From Paracoccus suum (GTDB lineage Bacteria > Pseudomonadota > Alphaproteobacteria > Rhodobacterales > Rhodobacteraceae), in NCBI RefSeq assembly GCF_003324675.1, contig NZ_CP030918.1:2820001-2852000 (forward strand): DNA of 32,000 nucleotides. The letters run 5' to 3'. A program made the translations under genes and the position numbers. The notes beneath the pieces are model-generated. The model ran no database searches. It saw only the letters and a program-made list of their open reading frames with translations, and was not told the DNA's origin. This document shows, one piece after another, positions 8,780 to 16,322 of this stretch; within the stretch, counting starts at the first letter, position 1, and every line of letters begins with the position of its first letter.

Positions 8780-10279
8780 CTAGTGGCCGGCCACGCGCGC
8801 GGCGCGGGCAGCGTCCTCCGCCGTGCCCTGCACCCCGTTGAAGAAGGCGTTGATGATTACCGCGGCGATCGTCGCCAGCAGGATACCGGATTCGATCAAC
8901 GGGTGGATGCCATGCGGCAACCACTGCTTGAAATCAGGAGCCACCAACGGGATCATCCCGAACCCCAGCGCTACCGCGACCACGAACAGGTTGTTGCGGT
9001 TGCGGGTAAAGTCCACCGAGGCGAGGATCCGCACGCCCGTCGCGGCTACCATCCCGAACATCACGATCCCCGCGCCGCCCAGGACCGCCGTTGGCAGCGA
9101 TTCGACCAGCGCGCCCATCTTAGGCACCAAGCCGAAAACCATCAAAATCACCCCGCCGGCCACGCACACCCAGCGCGAGCGAATGCCGGTCACGCCGACC
9201 AGCCCCACGTTCTGGCTGAACGAGGTATAGGGGAAGGTGTTGAAAATCCCGCCCAGCAGCGTGCCGAGGCCATCGGTCCGCAGGCCCGCGCTCATCGTCG
9301 GTTGATCCACCGGGCGGCCCGTCATGGTTCCAAGCGCCAGGAACATGCCGATCGACTCGATCATTACCACGATCATTACCAGCACCATGGTCAGGATCAT
9401 CACCGGATCAAAGATCGGCGCGCCGAAGTGGAACGGGGTGATGATCCCGAACCAGTCCGCCGCAGCAGCTTTGCCGAAGGTCATCTGCCCGGTCAGGATG
9501 GTCACCACCGCACCGACGACGATGCCCATCAGCACCGCGATATTGGCGATGAAGCCGCGGCCGAAGCGGGCAATCATCAGGATGGTGACCAGCACCAGCG
9601 CAGATATGCTGATATTGACCGGCGAGGCATAGGCGGGGTTTGGCATCGACGGCGCCGGGTTCAGCCCCGACGGCAGCGTCGGCACCGTTCCCGTGCCGGA
9701 CATCTCGGCGATATGCTTCATCCAGGCCGCGGCCTCGGGGGTGACCAGCTTGGGCGCGGTCGGTCCCACCGGGTTGCCAAAGATCCAGTTGATCCCGATC
9801 CGCATCAGCGTGACACCGATCACCAGGATAATCGTGCCGGTCACCACCGGCGGAAAGAACCGCACGATGCGGCTGACCAGCGGCGCGATCAGCATCGAGA
9901 CGATCCCAGCGGCAATGATCGCGCCAAAGATCATGCGCGCGCCCTCGGTGCCCGGATGGGTCGCGCCGATTGCGACCATCGGCCCGACGGCGGCAAAGGT
10001 CACGCCCATCATCACGGGCAGGCGCACGCCGAACCATTGCGTCAGGCCCGCCGACTGGATGATCGTCGCCAGCCCGCACACGAACAGATCGGCCGAGATC
10101 AGGAAGGCCACGTCCTCGGGCGGCAGCTTCAGCGCCCGACCGACGATCAGCGGCACGGCCACGGCGCCGGCATACATCACCAGCACATGCTGCAGCCCCA
10201 GCGTCATCAGCCGGCCCGTGGGCAGCATGGCGTCGACCGCGTGCACCCCCCCGGCCCCGGCCTCGGTTGTCATGGTCAT
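8780..10279 (-). CDS. nucleobase:cation symporter-2 (NCS2) family permease (xanthine/uracil/uric acid type)
   Basis: 499 aa starting at MTMTTEAG (cat 10277..10279) behind an AGGAGG RBS. It is multi-pass with typical NCS2 blocks (LGLQHVLVMYAGAVAVPLIVG, FPPVVTGTIILVIGVTL, ESIGMFLALG, SFSQNVGLVGVTG). Confidence 0.9.
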   Translation of the reverse strand: MTMTTEAGAGGVHAVDAMLPTGRLMTLGLQHVLVMYAGAVAVPLIVGRALKLPPEDVAFLISADLFVCGLATIIQSAGLTQWFGVRLPVMMGVTFAAVGPMVAIGATHPGTEGARMIFGAIIAAGIVSMLIAPLVSRIVRFFPPVVTGTIILVIGVTLMRIGINWIFGNPVGPTAPKLVTPEAAAWMKHIAEMSGTGTVPTLPSGLNPAPSMPNPAYASPVNISISALVLVTILMIARFGRGFIANIAVLMGIVVGAVVTILTGQMTFGKAAAADWFGIITPFHFGAPIFDPVMILTMVLVMIVVMIESIGMFLALGTMTGRPVDQPTMSAGLRTDGLGTLLGGIFNTFPYTSFSQNVGLVGVTGIRSRWVCVAGGVILMVFGLVPKMGALVESLPTAVLGGAGIVMFGMVAATGVRILASVDFTRNRNNLFVVAVALGFGMIPLVAPDFKQWLPHGIHPLIESGILLATIAAVIINAFFNGVQGTAEDAARAARVAGH

Positions 10280-10360
10280 GGCAGTCCCCTCCTGCGTGCG
10301 GCCTCTGCGGGGCCCGGTCGGTGCGGCCCGATCGCGGCGCACATCATCCCGCATCTGAAT

Positions 10361-10378
10361 TCTCACGCGCGCGTGAGA
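10361..10378. promoter_or_regulatory. 18-bp perfect palindrome, candidate operator in divergent NCS2 / kduD-kdgK intergenic region
   Basis: tctcacgcg|cgcgtgaga is perfectly self-complementary. It lies about 82 nt upstream of the permease ATG and about 126 nt upstream of the kduD GTG. Confidence 0.35.
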
Positions 10379-10503
10379 CAACACGAAATTCCGCACTACA
10401 GTGAATGGCTCTGCTGAGTAATCGAGGGCGCTTGCTCGCGCGGCTCGACACCTCGCGGCGCCCCGCCTAGGCTGCGCGCAAAGCCACAAACGGGGGGCCG
10501 CCA

Positions 10504-11247
10504 GTGCCGCGCAATCCATTTTCGCTGGCCGGGCGCACCGCCCTGGTCACGGGTGCCAATGCCGGGATCGGGCGCGCCTGCGCCGAGGGTCTGGCGGCGG
10601 CGGGCGCGCATGTCATCGCCGCCGGGCGCTCGCCCATGGACGACACGCTGGCCGCCATCGCGGCAGCGGGCGGCACCGCCGAGGCGCTGCACCTCGACTT
10701 CGACGACCCGCTGGCAGCGCGCGATGTGTTTTCCGGGCGCGAGGTCGACGTTCTGGTCAACAATGCCGGGATCATTCGCCGCGCCGACGCCACCGACATG
10801 ACCGAGGCCGACTGGGACGCGGTGATCGATACAGACCTGAAGGCGCTGTTCTTCACCTGCCAGACCTTCGCCCGGGCGGCCCTGCCGCGCGGCCGGGGCA
10901 AGATCGTCAACATCGCCTCGCTGCTCAGCTTTCAGGGCGGCATCCGCGTCGCAGGCTATACCGCGGCCAAGCACGGCGTTGCCGGGCTGACCAAGCTGCT
11001 GGCGAATGAATGGGCAGCGAAAGGCCTTTGTGTGAACGCCATCGCCCCCGGCTATGTTGAGACTGCGAATACCGAGGCACTGCGGGCAGATGCCGAGCGT
11101 AGCGCGGCGATCCTGGCGCGCATCCCGGCCGGCCGCTGGGCCACGCCGCAGGACATCGCCGGCGCCTGCGTATTCCTGGCCGCCCCCGCGTCCGATTACG
11201 TCAACGGCGCGGTGATCCCGGTCGACGGCGGTTGGCTGGCGCGGTGA
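10504..11247 (+). CDS. kduD: 2-dehydro-3-deoxy-D-gluconate 5-dehydrogenase (2-deoxy-D-gluconate 3-dehydrogenase), SDR family
   Basis: GTG start. It is near-colinear with E. coli KduD: TGxxxGIG, LVNNAGIIRR, NIASLLSFQGGIRVxxYTAxKHGVAGLTK, NAIAPGY, RIPAGRW and SDYVNGxxIxVDGGWLAR. Confidence 0.9.
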   Translation: MPRNPFSLAGRTALVTGANAGIGRACAEGLAAAGAHVIAAGRSPMDDTLAAIAAAGGTAEALHLDFDDPLAARDVFSGREVDVLVNNAGIIRRADATDMTEADWDAVIDTDLKALFFTCQTFARAALPRGRGKIVNIASLLSFQGGIRVAGYTAAKHGVAGLTKLLANEWAAKGLCVNAIAPGYVETANTEALRADAERSAAILARIPAGRWATPQDIAGACVFLAAPASDYVNGAVIPVDGGWLAR

Positions 11248-12185
11248 TGCGCCTCGTCTCGGTCGGCGAGTGCATGGTCGAGTTGTCGGCCGACCCTGAC
11301 GCCCAGGGACGGCTGCGCCAGGGCTTTGCCGGCGATACGCTGAACACCGCCTGGTATGCGCGCGCCTGCCTGCCGGCGCAGGATGCGGTGGATTACGTGA
11401 CCGCCATCGGCACCGACCCGCTGTCGCAGGCGATGCTGGATTTCATTTCCGGCGCCGGCATCGGCACCGACTGGATCCGCCGCGATCCGCAGCGCGCCCC
11501 GGGCCTCTATCTGATCTCCCTGACGGAGGGCGAGCGCAGCTTTACCTATTGGCGCGAAAACTCGGCCGCGCGGCGTCTGGCGGACGATCCGGCGCATCTG
11601 GTGACAGCCCTGTGTGGGGCTGACCTGGCCTATTTCTCCGGCATCACACTTGCAATTCTGCCACCCGAGGGGCGGGAGGCGTTTCTGGCGGCTCTGGCCG
11701 ACACACGGCGGGTCGCCTTCGATCCGAACCTGCGTCCGCGGCTGTGGCAGAGCCTGACCGAAATGCGGGAATGGACCCTGCGCGGGGCAGCCGCCGCGCA
11801 GGTCATCCTGCCCAGCTTCGATGACGAGGCGGCTGCCTTTGGCGATGCAGACCCCGCCGCCACCGCCGCGCGATACGTCGCCGCAGGCGCGACCGAGGTG
11901 GTCGTCAAGAACGGTGGCAGCCCGATGGCCGCTTGGTGCGACGGGGCGCCGGTCCCCTTGCCGCCGGTCAACCGACTGCAACCGCGCGATTCCACTGGCG
12001 CGGGCGACGCCTTCAACGGCGCGTATCTCGCCTCGCGGATGCACGGCGCCAGCCTGCCCGACGCGGTGGCGCAAGGCCACGCCATGGCTGCCCGAGTCAT
12101 CGACCATCCGGGGGCGCTGATGCCAATGGAATGCATATCCGCCAACACCGCAGGACGGGTTGAACCGATCCGCGGCAACGTCTAG
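11247..12185 (+). CDS. kdgK: 2-dehydro-3-deoxygluconokinase (PfkB family)
   Basis: Starts at [14 protein letters not shown] (ATG 11247, a 1-nt overlap with the kduD TGA). It is colinear with E. coli KdgK: [30 protein letters not shown] and [12 protein letters not shown]. Confidence 0.9.
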   Translation: MRLVSVGECMVELSADPDAQGRLRQGFAGDTLNTAWYARACLPAQDAVDYVTAIGTDPLSQAMLDFISGAGIGTDWIRRDPQRAPGLYLISLTEGERSFTYWRENSAARRLADDPAHLVTALCGADLAYFSGITLAILPPEGREAFLAALADTRRVAFDPNLRPRLWQSLTEMREWTLRGAAAAQVILPSFDDEAAAFGDADPAATAARYVAAGATEVVVKNGGSPMAAWCDGAPVPLPPVNRLQPRDSTGAGDAFNGAYLASRMHGASLPDAVAQGHAMAARVIDHPGALMPMECISANTAGRVEPIRGNV

Positions 12186-12214
12186 GTCAGTGCCGACCCT
12201 CCGGAGGCCGAGCG

Positions 12215-12553
12215 ATGACCTACGTCGTCACAGACAATTGCATCATGTGCAAATACACGGATTGCGTGGAAGTCTGCCCCGTGGACTGTTTTTACGAGGG
12301 CGAGAACACCTTGGTGATCCATCCGGACGAGTGCATCGACTGTGGTGTCTGCGAGCCTGAATGCCCCGCCGATGCCATCCGCCCCGACACCGAACCGCAG
12401 ATGGAGCCTTGGGTCGAGTTCAACCGCAAATACTCGGAACAATGGCCAGTCATCACCCGCAAGAAAGACCCCATGCCGGGATATGAGGCGATGGACGGGG
12501 TAAAGGACAAGCTGGCGAAATATTTCTCCGAGGCGCCCGGGGAGGGCGACTGA
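12215..12553 (+). CDS. fdxA: 7Fe ferredoxin (Azotobacter FdI type)
   Basis: [29 protein letters not shown]...[12 protein letters not shown] is the classic [3Fe-4S][4Fe-4S] cysteine pattern. The protein is 112 aa. Confidence 0.93.
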   Translation: MTYVVTDNCIMCKYTDCVEVCPVDCFYEGENTLVIHPDECIDCGVCEPECPADAIRPDTEPQMEPWVEFNRKYSEQWPVITRKKDPMPGYEAMDGVKDKLAKYFSEAPGEGD

Positions 12554-12611
12554 AATCGCCGTTTTATCCGCTAACGGTCTGTTTTAGCTTGTAAAAAAGA
12601 TAGCGTGTCCG

Positions 12612-12629
12612 GAAGGAACAAATTCCTTC
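12612..12629. promoter_or_regulatory. inverted repeat in AT-rich fdxA-carD intergenic region
   Basis: gaaggaa-caaa-ttccttc forms a 7-bp stem with a 4-nt loop. It sits in a roughly 290-bp spacer that is visibly AT-rich. It could be an fdxA terminator stem or an operator. Confidence 0.25.
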
Positions 12630-12842
12630 TAGACGGGCCGATTCTGTGATACAATTCCGTCATATCGCATGTATGGGCGCGGCGCTTCCTGACAGCCGCA
12701 TTCATGCCTGCGCTTTTGACTGCCGGCCTCGCGCGTCTGCCCGCATGAGGATGTCTATACAACTAGTTTGCGCCCCGACAGCAGGTTTTTCTGCTGCGGG
12801 ACGTTTTTGCGCCCGCGTATTGCGCGCCGCCGAGGAAACCAG

Positions 12843-13355
12843 ATGACCAAAAGCAAGAAATCCGAGTTCCGTCCCGACGACTTCGTGGTCTATCCCGCCC
12901 ATGGCGTGGGTCGTATCGTTTCGATTGACGAGCAGGAGGTGGCCGGGCTGCGCCTCGAAATGTTCGTTATCTCGTTCGAGAAAGACAAGATGACGCTGCG
13001 CGTCCCAACCGCCCGCGCCAGCGAGATCGGCATGCGCCAGTTGTCCAGCCCGGACCTGATCGAGCGTGCGCTCGACACACTGAAGGGCAAGGCCCGCGTC
13101 AAGCGCGCGATGTGGTCGCGCCGCGCCCAGGAATACGAGCAGAAGATCAACTCGGGCGAGTTGATGTCGATTGCCGAGGTGGTGCGCGACCTGCACCGCA
13201 ACGACGAGCAGCGCGAGCAGTCCTATTCCGAGCGTCAGCTGTATGAAGCGGCGCTGGAGCGCCTGACCCGTGAAGTGGCGGCCGTCAGCGGGATGGACGA
13301 GGTCTCGGCCCAGCGCAAGGTCGACGAAGTGCTGCTGAGCCGCGTCGCCGCCTGA
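12843..13355 (+). CDS. carD: CarD/CdnL family RNA-polymerase-binding transcription regulator
   Basis: Starts at MTKSKKSEF (ATG 12843) behind the RBS gaggaaacc. The N-terminal Tudor-like block is FVVYPAHGVGRIVSI and RAQEYEQKINSG is also present. fdxA-carD adjacency is typical of alphaproteobacteria. Confidence 0.93.
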   Translation: MTKSKKSEFRPDDFVVYPAHGVGRIVSIDEQEVAGLRLEMFVISFEKDKMTLRVPTARASEIGMRQLSSPDLIERALDTLKGKARVKRAMWSRRAQEYEQKINSGELMSIAEVVRDLHRNDEQREQSYSERQLYEAALERLTREVAAVSGMDEVSAQRKVDEVLLSRVAA

Positions 13356-13393
13356 CGGCAGCCGCACCGCACCAACATCGCACCTATTCAGGA

Positions 13394-13419
13394 AGGGCGT
13401 CCCGGCAGCGGGGCGCCCT
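13394..13419 (+). terminator. GC-rich hairpin downstream of carD
   Basis: agggcgtccc (13394-13403) pairs with ggggcgccct (13410-13419), with one G.U pair and the loop ggcagc. There is no U-run. Confidence 0.4.
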
Positions 13420-13576
13420 CTCCATATGGCGTCCCGGGTATCGGCGGCGCACCAGATCACGGTCCCCAACATACGGCCGATGAAGGATATTCATCCGAAA
13501 CATGACCGTTGCGGTGATTGCGCCGGAGGCGGGCCGCCGCCTAAAGTGCCGCCGAACCAAAAGGGCAGGATGGGTG

Positions 13577-14863
13577 ATGAGCGATCAGTGGAAATTCGAA
13601 ACGCAGGCAGTTCACGCCGGCGCCGCCCCCGATCCCGTGACCGGGGCCCGGCAGGTCCCGATCTACCAGACCACCGCCTACCAGTTCCGCGACGCCGACC
13701 ACGCGGCGCGGTTGTTCAACCTGCAAGAGGTTGGCTACATCTACTCGCGTCTGACCAACCCCACGATCCAGGCCCTGCAGGCGCGTCTTGCCGCGCTGGA
13801 GGGCGGAGCCGGTGCGGTCTGCTGCTCGTCCGGGCATGCGGCGCAGATCATGGCGCTGTTCCCGCTGATGGGCCCGGGGCGCAACCTAGTCGCATCAAGC
13901 CGGCTTTACGGCGGTACCCTGACCCAGTTCAGCCACACCATACGCCGCTTTGGCTGGTCGGCGAAATTCGTCGATCTGGATGACCTCGACGCGCTGCGGG
14001 CGGCAATCGACGAGGATACCCGTGCCGTCTTCATCGAGTCGATCTCGAACCCCGGCGGCTATGTCACCGACATCCCGGCCGTGGCCGAAATCGCGTCCTC
14101 GGCGGGCGTGCCGCTGATCGTCGACAACACCCTCGCCACGCCGGTGCTTTGCCGCCCGATCGAGATGGGGGCGACGCTGGTCGTTCATTCGCTGACCAAA
14201 TACATGACCGGCAACGGTACGGTCACTGGCGGTGCGGTGATCGACAGCGGCAGCTTTGACTGGTCGGCGAGCGACCGGTTCCCCTCCCTCAGCGCGCCCG
14301 AGCCCGCCTATCACGGGCTCAAGTTCCACGAGACCTTCGGTCCCGCCGCCTTCACCTTCCATGCGATCGCCATCGGCCTGCGCGATCTGGGCATGACGCT
14401 GAACCCGCAAGCGGCGCATTACACGTTGATGGGGATCGAGACCCTGCCGCTGCGGATGCCGCGCCACGTTGAAAACGCGCGCACAGTCGCCGAATGGCTG
14501 GAGGCTGACCCCCGCGTGACCTCGGTCACCTATGCCGGCCTGCCCAGTTCGCCCTACGCCGACCGCGTCGCAGAACTTTATCCCCGGGGGGCCGGGGCGC
14601 TGTTCTCGTTCGCGGTCAGGGGCGGGTATGATGCCTGCGTCCGCCTGATCGGCGCGCTGAAACTGTTCAGCCATGTCGCGAACCTCGGTGACACGCGCTC
14701 GCTGGCGATCCACCCGGCCTCGACCACCCACCGCCAGTTGACCGAGGCACAACAGACCGCCGCCGGCGCCTCGCCCGACCTGGTGCGGCTGTCCATCGGG
14801 ATTGAGGATCCGTCGGACCTGATCGCCGATCTGGATCAGGCGCTGACGGCAGCCGCCGGATAA
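13577..14863 (+). CDS. metY: O-acetylhomoserine aminocarboxypropyltransferase / sulfhydrylase (PLP-dependent, Cys/Met metabolism family)
   Basis: Starts at MSDQWKFETQAVHAG (ATG 13577) behind the RBS aagggcagga. Motifs include YSRLTNPT and the PLP-lysine motif HSLTKYMTGNG. The length (428 aa) fits MetY. Confidence 0.88.
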   Translation: MSDQWKFETQAVHAGAAPDPVTGARQVPIYQTTAYQFRDADHAARLFNLQEVGYIYSRLTNPTIQALQARLAALEGGAGAVCCSSGHAAQIMALFPLMGPGRNLVASSRLYGGTLTQFSHTIRRFGWSAKFVDLDDLDALRAAIDEDTRAVFIESISNPGGYVTDIPAVAEIASSAGVPLIVDNTLATPVLCRPIEMGATLVVHSLTKYMTGNGTVTGGAVIDSGSFDWSASDRFPSLSAPEPAYHGLKFHETFGPAAFTFHAIAIGLRDLGMTLNPQAAHYTLMGIETLPLRMPRHVENARTVAEWLEADPRVTSVTYAGLPSSPYADRVAELYPRGAGALFSFAVRGGYDACVRLIGALKLFSHVANLGDTRSLAIHPASTTHRQLTEAQQTAAGASPDLVRLSIGIEDPSDLIADLDQALTAAAG

Positions 14864-14868
14864 GAGAC

Positions 14869-14893
14869 GGGGCGCCGGCTCGCCCGGCGCCCC
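14869..14893. terminator. bidirectional hairpin terminator between convergent metY and SIMPL genes
   Basis: ggggcgccgg (14869-14878) pairs with ccggcgcccc (14884-14893), a perfect 10-bp stem with a 5-nt loop. Confidence 0.6.
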
Positions 14894-14899
14894 GCTGCT

Positions 14900-16111
14900 T
14901 CAGTTTGTCGGCGCGGGCGCGGCCCCAGCATCTGCTGCCGGCGCTGCATCTGCTGCCGGCGCATCCCCAGCCGGTGCAACGGCGTCAGGGGTGACGACCT
15001 CAGGGACTGCTGCGTCCGGCGCGGGCGCAGCGCCAGTCGCAGGTGCCGCATCCGCCGCAGGCGCAGGGTCTGTTGCAGGTGCGGCGTCGGCTGCGGGTGC
15101 CGCATCATTAGCCGGCGCATCAGCGGCAGGCGCCGCCCCAGTGGTAGGCGAAGCTTCGGGCGCCGGCATGATCGTCGGAACCACCGTCTGCCCGCCATCC
15201 GCGCTGCCATCCGTGCCTTCCTTCGCGGGCGGCGTTGCACCGTCTCCGCCGTCTTCCCCGGCGAGCGGGATCATCTCCCAAGTCGCGGTGACATCGGCCG
15301 TCAGGCTCAACTCGCCGGTCTCGACCGGGGTCTTGGCCTCGGCCGCCATGGCCGCGTCGCGCATCATCATCGGGCGCGGCGGCCCGGACTGGGACTGCGT
15401 ATCGCTGAGCGCGACGAGGCGTCCCAGCCGCTGGCCAGCCGCGCTGGCAATAACCTCGGCCCGCTCGCGCGCATTCTCGACGGCCTTGCGCCGAGCCTCG
15501 GCCTCGGTCTTGGCAGCGTCGTCGCGCTGGAAGCTGATGCCTTGCACCTCGTTGGCACCCGCTGCGACGATGGCGTCGAGGATCGGGCCGATTTGCGGCA
15601 GATCGCGCACGCGGACCGTGACCATATTCCCGGCCTGGTAGCCGGTGATGACCGGCGGTTTGCCCTGGTTGGAGAAATCCTGAACCGGGTTCAGGCTGAG
15701 GTTCGAGGTCTGGATGTCCCGCAGCTCGATCCCGTGTTCCTTGATGGCGTCGATCACGGCCTGCTGGCGGGCGGCGTTCTGCGTCATCGCCTCGCCGGCT
15801 GTCGGCGCTTGCACGGTGACACCGAGCGAGATTACCGCCAGGTCGGGCGCCACGTTTGCGATGCCGCTGCCTGTAACATTGATCAGGGCCGGACGCATGG
15901 AACGCATGGCGTGATCCCTCATCAGCGGATGAACCATTGGCCCGCCCTCGGGGGGCGGGCTCCCTGCAGGCTGCGCCACGGCCGGGGCAGACATCAGGGC
16001 GGTGGCACAAATTGCGGCCAGCATCGCCCCAGTGCGCCGCCGATGCAGGGCGCGGTCGTCGCCCGACAAGCTGCGGGCCGGTGCGGCGGCTGGGACGGTC
16101 GATCTGGGCAT
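14900..16111 (-). CDS. SIMPL (DUF541, BP26/OMP28-like) periplasmic protein with about 123-aa Ala/Pro/Asp-rich C-terminal extension
   Basis: I prefer the start MPRSTVP (cat 16109..16111), where an AGGAG RBS lies 7 nt upstream. The N-terminus HRRRTGAMLAAICATALMSAPAVA looks like a signal peptide, possibly Tat-type. The SIMPL core has the blocks VTGSGIANVAPDLAVISLGV, QGKPPVITGYQAGNMVTVRV and GELSLTADVTATWE. Confidence 0.85.
   Translation of the reverse strand: MPRSTVPAAAPARSLSGDDRALHRRRTGAMLAAICATALMSAPAVAQPAGSPPPEGGPMVHPLMRDHAMRSMRPALINVTGSGIANVAPDLAVISLGVTVQAPTAGEAMTQNAARQQAVIDAIKEHGIELRDIQTSNLSLNPVQDFSNQGKPPVITGYQAGNMVTVRVRDLPQIGPILDAIVAAGANEVQGISFQRDDAAKTEAEARRKAVENARERAEVIASAAGQRLGRLVALSDTQSQSGPPRPMMMRDAAMAAEAKTPVETGELSLTADVTATWEMIPLAGEDGGDGATPPAKEGTDGSADGGQTVVPTIMPAPEASPTTGAAPAADAPANDAAPAADAAPATDPAPAADAAPATGAAPAPDAAVPEVVTPDAVAPAGDAPAADAAPAADAGAAPAPTN
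14928..14963 (-). repeat. tandem 18-nt duplication inside the A/P-rich tail coding region
   Basis: gcatctgctgccggcgct (14928-14945) is followed by gcatctgctgccggcgca (14946-14963), 17/18 identical. It encodes reiterated (A)APAADA units. The wider low-complexity coding tract spans about 14903-15271. Confidence 0.8.
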
Positions 16112-16322
16112 CAGTGACTCCTGTGTGAACGCGGCTGACGTACCCGGCCCGCGCGCGGGTGCGCGAAATGCCGGTGCAGCCACCTCAGTAACACCGAAGA
16201 ATGTCCTTTTGACCCCTCACGATATGGTGTCCGTCTTTCCACAGACCCCGAAAAGCGGTAGGGATCGTACATAAACCAGCCCTTTTCCCACGCGCCAGCC
16301 GCGACCGAGCGAAAGCCTGCAG

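Noticed and set aside
10280-10360. Possible purine riboswitch in the NCS2 permease leader
   Set aside because: The characteristic three-way-junction conserved nucleotides are not recognisable. Only the DNA palindrome further upstream stands out.
8783-10417. 544-aa plus-strand ORF, His/Arg/Asp/Gln-rich, antisense to the NCS2 permease
   Set aside because: It is the mirror frame of a hydrophobic membrane-protein gene. It has no plausible fold or motifs, while the NCS2 reading on the minus strand is unambiguous.
13356-13576. Possible SAM-type riboswitch upstream of metY
   Set aside because: I found GC hairpins (for example aggcgg-gccg-ccgcct at about 13533-13548). I could not match the conserved SAM-II, SAM-V or SAM/SAH elements from memory. 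An Infernal scan would be needed, so I make no claim.
14903-15271. Repetitive DNA here (and at about 18350-19300) as a CRISPR array or mobile repeat
   Set aside because: The repeats are short, imperfect and in-frame, and they encode A/P-rich low-complexity protein segments. There is no repeat-spacer periodicity.
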